A stretch of DNA of 64,000 nucleotides, taken from assembly GCF_964204865.1 (NCBI RefSeq), contig NC_135256.1, forward strand, positions 22,382,001-22,446,000. Direction: 5' to 3'. The notes beneath the pieces were generated by a model. That model did no database searches. It had not been told where the DNA came from and was given only the letters and a program-made list of their open reading frames with translations. Positions 1 to 10,605 of this stretch are shown in pieces; positions within the stretch are counted from its first letter, which is position 1, and each line of letters opens with the position of its first letter. Source of the stretch: Styela clava (taxonomy: Eukaryota). A program made the position numbers and the translations under genes.

Positions 1-2539
1 GTTACCGAATAAGACGAAAATGTCGAAAATTTGTTTGACGTCTTAGGGAGCAATATCTGTAATGAGCTACAAAAGGGGTCAATGCAGTTTTACTTAGATA
101 TATATAAAGATCCTTAAATTCAGATTCTCAAAAGTTTTTACTTTAGGTTTGAGGTGGCACGAATACGCCCCATTTATCACAACTAATGAGGTCATTCTTT
201 TGCATAGTGCATGAAACACACCATTCCAAATTCGGATTATGTTTAACTAAGAATGATCTGTAATGCATCGAATTAGAAAACTGGTTTAGAAACGGATCAC
301 CTCCGATCTGAAATAAATTGTCATTTTACCTTTCATATTTTGCGGTTAAGCAACCCGATCTTAAGCTAAAAGCAAATACATGTCAACGTCCTTGGAATAT
401 CGATTTCACGCGCAAACATAAGAAAAGGAGATGGAACCAAACGAAAAACATTTAAAAAATTATATAGCGTTATAAATTGAGGAAAGGGCAAAAAAAAGAG
501 ATTGATTTAGATATGAATAAAATATAGATTAAGTTTTTTGAAAGGCATGATTGTCAAGGTCATACAACTCCGAGGTCAAAGCTGTGTCTGCGACATTCCC
601 GTTAACCTAAAATATCTTGTTAAATATGCAATCGTGCATTATAATTCTGTTCGAGTTGGTCTTCCTGTACACGCGCACAAATTTCGACATGCATAAATTC
701 GGGAAGGTATAAGCGAACACTATTTAGCATTTTATTTTAGGCTTAAACTTATCGGCTTGGATCAAAATAGGAAATTATGGTAATTTGATGCGAACTTACT
801 GGTACCACATTCGGGTAATGTGCTGAACAAAAAAAATGGGAAATTGTGAAGCTGGTTGGACTTCATTTTGAAGATAGTATTATCCCTTTGTTTTAATACG
901 TTTTGTAATGTGGGAAAAGAACTGTATCAGCATTGCCTTTAAGAGTAATTGTTCATTATTCACGACCAAGCTAATAACTCGATTTGGTGTTATTTATTCA
1001 ATAAACTGTATACTCTACTGGGTCTACAGATAACGGATAAAAACTTCCTAAAAGAAACTTTATTTTTTTAATATTCAAATTGACATATCATAATCACCAA
1101 AATGCGAATTACCCTCTTAACCAGAGTTAGATACTGCATACATAAATATTCAGTGATATACGCTAATTGGACACGTTAAGATGTGTCAGTTTTAACTTGA
1201 AAATTAACTAAATTTGTACTGCTTCGTGTTATGCCTGTCTTACTAAATTAAAGTTGAATTAATCTCGTTAAGAAATAATTTACTTAAGGTCAATCAGGTC
1301 TAAGCTTTGGATTGTAAAGAAAACCACAATGTCATCCATGTATTGCATGTTATGCCAATCAACGTCGATAAACAAGTTCATATTGGTTTAATATTATTTC
1401 ACATTTGGGTGCGATTTCTTGATTTGAACTTTACTATTCCGCTCACTTCATGCGAGATGGGAGTATTTAGTTTCATACCCCGTGCAACATTACCCTGATT
1501 TACAAGTTTTCATGAATAAACGCAAACTAAATTTAGATCCCACATACTGCTCGGGGCGCTCGAACTACCGCAGGAATCTGGAACTGCGACAGATTCGACT
1601 GCAACAGTCTGCACGCTTCAGGCCTGATATTAACACAGAATCAATTCAGGCTTGATCAAACTTAGTCCGTTAATAATGTTACTTTAGTTAACCGTGTTTC
1701 ATGCTCAGTCATACCTAATTCAAAAATAAATTCTCAGCCTCAAATATGAAGGAATTTTGAATTTAATGTCACCTCCACTTTGTGGGCGACATTTATTTCA
1801 TCGACCGAGACGGCTCACTTTGGACTTGAAAGTATAAATAATTTGAAAACGAATGAATTCTTCGAAAATATAACAGGCTTTTAATAGGATTCTTAATAGG
1901 ATTTTTGACAGGCAAACTCTCTAGATGTCAAGGTCGACACACAAAAAGTTTACGAGATGATTTGAATTGAATTAATATTCTTCAAGCAACAATAGGCTAA
2001 TGTTCTTTTTTAAAAAAGATTATTGTTCAGGTATTCAATTGCAGGAATAAACTGTTTTTGAAGAGACGCAATTACTGTAAAAATAAACTACATCGTAATT
2101 TTCAGTCCAGTTATGAGCCCTGACAAACCAATTAGAAAATTATGGGATGTTTCAAAATATCGGCCACTCTTTTTACATTTGAGCATATAGTTTTTTAGTG
2201 GCATTAATATCCAACGCATGAAATGTGCTAAAATGTCGGGTAAATATGGAAAGCAATGATACAAACTTTGGTAATCGTCGTATCCGAGTTTCAATACGGT
2301 ACAGTTAATTGCTAGTTGGTATATTTAGTAATAGAGGGAAATGACGCTAATCAGCCATTAATATATTATACAAAATTGAGATAATTTACCCAGCATAGAA
2401 TTGAAATTGACCGAAATTTAGTCAAAATTTCCAACTATGATCTGCTGTTTATCGGGAAAATTTATCGAACAAGATTGTTTTAATATTGATCATATAATGA
2501 CTACCCTCAGCGTCACAAAAAAACCCATAAGTTTGCCAA

Positions 2540-2820
2540 ACTCACTTCCGCGTGTGCAAATAGGTAATTACTATGGATTCGGACGTGTGTCGGACCTTCT
2601 CATCGATTTGCTTCCTTGTTTACTTCCGTGTTGTTGGCCCATGCAAAAGGAGAGAATTATACAAAACGAGAGAGTGAGCGGAATTGAAGTTAGTAGACTA
2701 CGAAATTTGCGTGAAAAAATATGTTGCGTTTATAACGAACTTCAATCCACAGCTTGTATTAACTTCCTCGACACTTTAGCGAGTAAAGGTTTAGTTATTG
2801 TAGAGGTACAGGAAGTGTGT
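2540..2820. promoter_or_regulatory. ETS-motif cluster (candidate internal promoter or enhancer)
   Basis: ACTTCCG at about 2544 and 2622, GCTTCCT at about 2610, ACTTCCT at about 2762 and AGGAAGT at about 2810, in a locally GC-richer patch upstream of a CAA|gtaagt donor at 3056. Confidence 0.35.
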
Positions 2821-4114
2821 TACTGTCCGAAATTAGTTAGTTCATTGTGCGACAAGTCTAAAGATAGGATAATACGCATTTAAAAGTAGCCATGGTGTTT
2901 AGTAGTTTAAGTTTCAGATGAGTGCAAAAATAACGTAATGTAACTATTTTGCAATTGCAGCAAATAAAAATATTTATTACAAATGCTGTTTTAATATAAT
3001 GAGAAAACAAGCTCAAGTTTCACCTCTAGAAATGGTTCAAGTCGATAATCCTCAAGTAAGTAAAATCATATATTGGAAGTATTGTAAATTTAAAGTAGAA
3101 GCTTACTGGTATGTTATAAGTATATTTTGAAATACACATTTGGGTACTACCCTGTTATAGCCTAACCATCAAAAAGTAAAGGAATACTGGATAGAAGCAT
3201 TGAACAACAAATGTATATACATCATTTTTTTACACCAATAAAAATATCAAAATTTTACTAAATCTATTGGTGAAACTCAAACATCGCAAATTTGGTGTTA
3301 CATACCAGAGTAGATTTAGATAAATAAAGATAGACATGGGTGTATTCTCCTAGAAAGCCTTTTACGACATAAAACAAAAATCTCTACAAAAGAATCATGT
3401 CAGAATTACAAATTTTTTTTATTAGGCATGGATCACGTTACTTCATCTAGATTTTAGGAAGCCTATACATAATATAAACCAAATGAACTTTTCTCGATGA
3501 TTTGGGTCACTTGCACTCTTTCCGGTAAAGAATTCCTATGATGCTATTCGTCTATTATCTATCTATCTTAGGATTGCAGTTATTCTCATATATTGGTGCA
3601 AATATAATGCAGGCCGATACAGTTACACGGGGAATAGTTTTTTTGTTATATGAATATACATTCCAGCATTCGGGTTTCTCATTGAGGAAATATGAGAAAT
3701 TATAAAAAGTCCGTTTCTCGATATAAAACTAATATGACAACGACTTATTATAAAAAACAATTTCACAAAATTGCAGGAATTCACCTTCGTATATACATGT
3801 TTTATATCAGGGGTTAAACAAATATTAATATTGGATGACTATACTAGACTACAGCAAATAAACTTCCAATGTATTGAACGTCGGATAATCTTACACTGTT
3901 AAAAAAATTCTATAACTGTCAATGATTGAAACCTTACGGCTTTTTTGAAAAAATTATCAAATTTCAAGTGAAATACTAAGCTTATTTTTCAAAACGGCAC
4001 ATTCCAAAAACGCGTATAGTTATCTATTTTATTGAAATAGGTTATTTTGTCGAGGAACGTGGGACAAAGTTTCCTATGGTCACAACGACAAGACAAACAC
4101 TTGTGTGTACTTAA

Positions 4115-5216
4115 GGTCGGAGACTTTGGTCGCAGTGCGACGTTTTCGTCATCACTGACGTCACGAGCTCAGGACTCGGAAGTTTTTGTTTACTTTTACT
4201 TATCAAACATGTTATATAACTCGATCACACTTGATAAGAATCACAGTTTTACAGAAACCAAACCGTTATATGACTCCGTTACAACAAGTAATAAAATCTT
4301 CCCAAGATGAGTCAACGTTTGCATGCGCGGAAGTTTTCAGAAATAACATTCGAAATGAAATTTTTTGGTATTTTTAAACCTCTTTGTCACAAAACTCGGC
4401 AGCTGACTCAATCTCGAATAAAATTAAAATTTACAGATAAAACTTTCAATTTGGCCTTTGTTATTTCAGTGAAAGCGGCGACTGATTTAAATTCCCTCCT
4501 TATATTTTTCGAACATTTGAGAGAGTGTATATATATATATATATAAACATCGAATATTTGTAAACGTAATGCAATGTTCTCCTTTCTGATAATAAACTTT
4601 AATATACACCACTTCTTATGTGAAAGAGTTATTAATATTGATATAAATGTTTATAGCGTACTGGCGTAACTATATCAGTTTATTATTTACACCACTCAAA
4701 TACCCGTCGAAACCCCAAACCAGATTTTTGGAGATTCTTTAATTGAGCGGTGGGTTTACAGCAAAATATCTAGAATCGGAAAAATATCTGCACGTAAACG
4801 ATTTTGTTATATGCCAGACTATTTGAAGCGCATGAAGTGTAAAATTATAACAAAATTGTCAGAATGTGTTCCGCTCTGTCAAAATCTATGATAAATGTAC
4901 AAATTAGAATTATTGGAAAAGTTAAGCTAAAAATTGTTTAATTCAATTTCACTGCACGTCAAAACGTTCTGCTGAAAAACAACAATTCCAATTCCGACCA
5001 ATTTCGCAATTTTTAGTGAAAACAATTTTCATCGAGCGTGTTATTTTCATGTAGTGTTGTCTATATAGTTTAACAACGTATTTTCAATTGCACCGGTGTT
5101 ACGAACGAAATTGCGGTAAGAAAATGCGCTTTCAAAAACGAATCGATTTGCATAAAAGCATTTGTCGCCGAAAACATCGTGACGTGAACTTGTTTGACAA
5201 CAAGACAATGTAGACC
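4115..5216. mobile_element. Possible degenerate non-autonomous DNA transposon with TTAA flanks (Kolobok-like)
   Basis: ttaa|ggtc at 4111-4118 and gacc|ttaa at 5213-5220, with a subterminal acgtcacga in inverted orientation at both ends. The TIR match is very short. Confidence 0.3.
4528..4545. repeat. (TA)n microsatellite
   Basis: About nine TA units read directly. Confidence 0.8.
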
Positions 5217-8134
5217 TTAAAAACAATATCACAAGTGACATTCACATTATGTAAATCAAGCATAATGTACAAAAGAAGGGCCCAATGCGACACTTCGCTG
5301 TTTCTCTAGTTAGGATACTTTTCTCGTCCGAATATATTATAATGAACATAGTTTATAAATATACCTTTGAACGCAAAATTCTAAAGATTCAAAGCAACGA
5401 TTTTAATGATAGTACTTTCATTGCGTTTTTTCCAAGATTTACAATTATATATTACAAAATATTGTTTCTTTTCAATGCCCCAATTGATAACTCGATTTTC
5501 TTATTTCCTATTCTGTCAATATAACACCCGCATATTCAGCTAATGATAGGTTCATGGGTTTGCTTTTACGACTGGGACTACCTGTTCCTGGTCACGTATA
5601 TAGTATATTATGGGTCACTACTATTGAAGATGTAGTAAAGTGTGGGAAACTATTGTTTGTTCCGTGAACGTTTTGTTAGGGAAAGTTTATGGAACTCAAG
5701 CGCTCAAGTCAGTGTTCACTAGTATAACTTATGTACAACCATTAAGAGATGAAACTTGTGGTAACTTAGTTTGATAAACTTGTCCGTGGTAATATTTCTT
5801 TGTCTTGTGTTCGAATATCGACTTATTGACGGAAGAAACAATACAATTCGAATTTAAAATTCTGTCCCAACATTATTATAATGATCTAATGATCACCAAT
5901 TCGTGACATCAAATTTTAGTTTCCTCGTATACTACATAGTAGAAAAATTAGACTACATTTCCATGACAACACCAATAAATATCAAATGTGACATCATATT
6001 GGTTGGCTGGGAATGTTTTATCCAGATCTACATTGTTGAGAACAACAGTTGAAATTAATGAAAATTTATGCCTCAATGTAGTTTTCATGCTCTAAAATAA
6101 GTATAGGTAGCAAGCAAACCAACGATATTGAAATCAATAACGTCACAACTTTGCTTACTCATTCAATTTTTCACAGCAAAATCATATTTAAACAAAGAAT
6201 GTTGTGGGTGTTTTATTTATACAGTTGGATATTTTGATTTTGTTGTTTGTAGACTGCAGATAAGATTGACCAGGTATATTTGCATTGCCGAATTTATTTA
6301 TACATTCTGCACGCAATATCTTGATAATTGTCTGAATACAATACACATAACTTTTAATAAAACGTGAGCAATGTTCTGCCATAACTCTACTATTTGACTT
6401 GTTCTCAAATCCAATCCAAATCCACTGCTGGCTTATTCACGAAACCTAGTTCACATTCTTATGTAACTCGGTAAAAACACCAACGTATTAAATTTATCTC
6501 ATGCAATGTAACGTATATAAATCCAGGTGATATGTAGGGATTAAATGGATCTTATTGAAGGTTAATTCAACAATTTATAGACTTGTAGCATATACATTCC
6601 TATATCAGTGACACAGTGCGTAGGCGAAACCCCTATCATGGGCTTCATCTTTATAAGAAATGAAAGGGGATAGCGATAGCAAATTAGAGCTACGTCAAGG
6701 ATCATATTATATAGCCTATTTCGCACATATAATACACGCAAACATGGGCGCTTCTTCATTCATATATATATATAATTAAAAGTAGTGCATATAAATTTTA
6801 TGGCATAAATAATATTTTGTTCAAAATGCAACACTTGCAGCATTCGTTTGTTTCCATTGTTTGTGGAAGTAGCTGGTTATCCACGTATACCTAGATTGTC
6901 GTACACACTATCGATTTTCGACCAAATGTCTGTTTTTTTTTTATCGAATATGCTTACACAAATCCAAAATAACACCATTGTTCAAGAACGGGAACAGGCA
7001 ATAGTGCACGATATATATATTCCATACTATGCTAGATTATAAATTTGGACTGCGATATCGACGTTGTACGCAGGCAATGGTTTGTTGACATACGTCTCGC
7101 TAGTAAAAACGTCAGTACCCGGTCCCAAGCGACGGTAATGACGTCATAGTTAAAATAATACATTTAACGAATCGACAAATTGCAATGATTTAGTCACTTT
7201 GACTTTCATTGAAATCAATCGCCGGAGACCAATTATATTGTTATGTGTCGGTTGAGGTCAAACGAGAAATCCGTAGGAATAATGAACAAGAGGTCAAAGT
7301 TCACGTTACAATAGCTGAGACATGATTTTCACGAGGTGTTTCATCCATTTGCAAACTTTATTTTCAAGAAAACTTATGTTTTATAAACATACTGTGAGTA
7401 ACTTTCATTTGTGCCACGACCAAATTTTGTTTCACTCATATATATACCGAAGAGTTTTATATTCTGACAAAAAAAATTTTCTATGTTGAAATGATTCATT
7501 AAACTAATGCAATAACCTACGCTTTAAAAGTACACATCAAGATATCGACTACATCCACGCCCTTTTGTACTTCGCAAGTTTTGTATGGTCTAATAGCTCA
7601 GAGCAGATGTTTTGGGTGTTGAAAGTATGAAATTTACACTATACAACTAGCAATCGGCAAAGCAATACCATCATCTTGTTTTGATCCATTTGAGCTGACC
7701 ACCGTGGTACGCCTAGTGCACTTCAAAAATCACTTTAGCTCCGACATCCACGAACTCGGTTCAACCTCAAAGGAAACCGCTCGCTTACATTGTTTTTGTC
7801 AATCCATAGTGAACTTTTAATGATAGTAAAACAGTGAATTTGATGAGATACACAGCCCTCGTTCTGTTGGACATGGAACGTGTATAAAACACAACCGCGG
7901 TCTGATGCATCTTTAGTCCTGATATTGTAATATTTTTTATCGTAAAATGGATTGTTCATACTATTGACAGTGTACTAATAGTGCTAAAACATTTAAGAAT
8001 TAATGATATATCTACATCATAAACAGGATCCAGAATTATCCAGAATTTCCCGGAGTTTTATTCCAATTTGAAAGCAATGGATGCTATTAAATACTGGGAT
8101 ATAAATATTCATATTTATATATTTTTTGTTTCAG

Positions 8135-8216
8135 ATGATGGCAGATTTTTGCAATGGCTATGCTCCATTACGTGATGGGATGAGAGCAAACAGACAGCAT
8201 TGGACAGAAAGAGCAA
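8135..8216 (+). CDS. PDE exon: end of catalytic domain
   Basis: Acceptor ttttttgtttcag. Only frame 0 is open (MMADFCNGYAPLRDGMRANRQHWTERA). Donor A|gtgtgt is phase 1, which matches the next exon. Confidence 0.75.
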
Positions 8217-10605
8217 GTGTGTACAATATTTTATTTACTTTTCTACACTGTGTAAAGTAATTTTATCGACTACAAGTAAACAGACACAATCTTCAACAAC
8301 AGTTATCTATAAAAAGTTATAGCGCTATTCATATTCTTCATTGATACCGGTCAACGAACTCTTGAACGAACAAAACAAATATATAGAACTATAAAAAACT
8401 TGGCCATGTCAGAGTCTGATAATGAAAACCTATTTTATCGCCACCCCGCGTTTGATGTAGCACTACCACATGGACTTGCTTCAACAACAAAGTTTGTGCA
8501 AAAGGATTGCGATGTTGATGAAAGATTGTTTTATTTTGATAAGCACTGTGGTGAATTTGGAACAATGCTTGTTTTCGGTCCAGGGCCAATATGAAATCTC
8601 GAGATTTTAAAACCTTTGTACAATAAAGCTTGAAACAGTTTGGGTCGTCACGTATGTTTAAGACAAGACTTCCTAGTTTGTCTGAATTACTATAATCGCA
8701 ATGATGTTGGTTTCCCAGTGGAGTTTAATTCTAACTAAAACATAATTATGAAATACGATCCTATTTGTCAACTCGTGCTAAATTTGGTATGATAGGTGTC
8801 TTTCAATGATAAATTTCAAAAGTTTTGAAGGATTCCGAATTTAGATGCAGATTTTGAAATATTATGCAATCAGAATTTAACACTTCACTAAAATCACTAA
8901 ACCCGTGTTTGAAAACATCATTCAATTTTTAAAACTTTTCACTTGACATAAAGAGAAACATTTCCTAATTTATGGTGTTAAATCTAGTGAAAGTTTTCTA
9001 AATAAATCGACAATCGTCAATTTAATCCGTTCAAAAACACCATCGTAGATTGGAGAGTATTCGAGTTCTCCATCTTCAAGTCATGGTCCATGAGTTCTCT
9101 AATACCTATTTAAAAAAATGCGACTACATGCCAATGGCTAAGTAAACCATTGGAATTTCTGCATTGTTTCTCAAAACTTATTAAAGCAAAGTTCATAACT
9201 TTATCCATTATCATGTAATTTTCAGAGGCGGAAGGTTTGGATGTGGATACTGGTCCGGCAAAGAAAGAGACAAAAGACGACGATGGATATGCAAACATGT
9301 GGGAGAAATACTGGAACATGGACCCAGAAAATTTTATCTGGGGTATCGATCCAAACGAGGCCCCACCTGAGGTAAATATTATGGTGGATAATTTCATTGT
9401 TATGAGACTAAAGAAAAATTTTATTTTATATAAGTTAAACATTTCAAAACAGCTGAAAAAACTCAATAACAACTCTAATATTGCTTGAATAAATGTGTCA
9501 AACAAATCGCGTAAGACAAAAAAAACTTACGTTCGAAGCAAGATTTTGTTATAGCGGTCACGTACTGCCAGTCGTATTACACATGCTTATTACTCGACAA
9601 ATTCATTGGCGAGTACTCAATTTTGGCGATGATATTCACAGATGTTTCTATTATCTATCTTCGTTATCTATCTACACGTAATATATAAAATTTTCATACA
9701 TAACTTTCTTGGTTACAAAAGTACTTTTCAACACATTGAACTAAATACACGTGAATTTTGTAGTACTTATGCACACAAAGAAGGCTATCCAAAAGCACAC
9801 TAAAATGGATTTTTTTAGTTTGGTGTTAAGCCTTTGTTTGACAAATTCATTCTACATTTTAATTAGTTATAAATGCGGCATATAAATGCAAGTGGGTTAT
9901 GTGTACGTTTATCGCGATGTGTACAGTCGTGTGTATATATAAGTATCCACATATTTTATTTCCCATCGTTATAGACTAACCACAATAGGTATTTCAACAA
10001 CTACAAGATTATCATACAATAGAATATTCCCTCCTACAAACAACCAATGTTTTTACTGCGACGTATATAACCTTCAGAACGTCCTATTATGACATTATCA
10101 TACTCTTATACTACAAACAATCTCTTGATGAAAGTATATTAGTATAACGCAATACATCTGGTTAAATTCCGCAATGAATATCACAAATTATAAAATAACA
10201 ACAGCCACTTTCCGGCCCTAACAAAGGTATAATGTGGGGCATTTAAAATCTAGCGAATAAAAAAAAGAATAGAATGAAATTTTTAATTCGATGTTCCACA
10301 TTAAACATATTCATATTTATTACCATGCAATATTCATTTACCGCAAGATTTGTAAATAAGATTTTTTTTCTATTAAACAGGTTGTAATTGAGAGAGTTGT
10401 ATTCTCACCTAAGAAAAAGATGCCCAAAGCTCTCACGTCAGAAATTTCAAACGGGGAAAAGACTCCAGCAAAAGGAAGGAAGAAAAAGAAACTGGCAGCA
10501 CAATTTGAAAAAGACTCGGGGTTGTCGCGGAAGTCACCGGTACCTAGCGCTGCATCGGACTCCGGTTCTTCTTCCAAAAACAGTAAAATGTGTCGAGTCA
10601 TGTGA
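8135..10605 (+). CDS. 3' part of a spliced cyclic-nucleotide phosphodiesterase gene (PDE5/6/11-like) with C-terminal CaaX; coding exons 8135-8216, 9226-9371, 10381-10605; 5' exons not found in the window
   Basis: Three AG/GT-bounded exons join in frame (start phase 0, intron phases 1 and 0) to 150 aa. The first reads MMADFCNGYAPLRDGMRANRQHWTERA. It aligns without gaps to the last catalytic helix of PDE5 as I recall it ([27 protein letters not shown]; P-L-x-D-G-x-R-x-N-R-Q-x-W conserved). The protein ends ...SSSKNSKMCRVM*, a CaaX box as in PDE6 catalytic subunits. Confidence 0.75.
9226..9371 (+). CDS. PDE exon: acidic/aromatic C-terminal linker
   Basis: Acceptor taattttcag, donor GAG|gtaaat; encodes (K)AEGLDVDTGPAKKETKDDDGYANMWEKYWNMDPENFIWGIDPNEAPPE. 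Confidence 0.8.
10381..10605 (+). CDS. PDE terminal coding exon: polybasic tail plus CaaX
   Basis: Acceptor ttttttttctattaaacag; encodes VVIERVVFSPKKKMPK...KGRKKKK...SKNSKMCRVM, then TGA. Confidence 0.8.
   Translation, partial: VVIERVVFSPKKKMPKALTSEISNGEKTPAKGRKKKKLAAQFEKDSGLSRKSPVPSAASDSGSSSKNSKMCRVM

Noticed and set aside
2437-2883. 148-aa ORF
   Set aside because: No domain-like content; it overlaps a motif-rich regulatory-looking patch and is probably a chance ORF.
5631-5936. TGTAGTA...TACTACA-bounded segment as a solo LTR
   Set aside because: No TSD, no second copy and ambiguous ends.
6225-6273. VGYFDFVVC in ORF 6128-6367 resembles the PDE motif QVGFIDFVC
   Set aside because: The implied exon would end in phase 2, which is incompatible with the phase-0 exon at 8135. 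The sequence is better read as the pyrimidine tract of an acceptor at 6252.
8400-8594. ORF MAMSESDNENLFYRHP as an alternative terminal PDE exon
   Set aside because: The nearest AG gives the wrong phase for the phase-1 donor at 8217, and there is no recognisable similarity.
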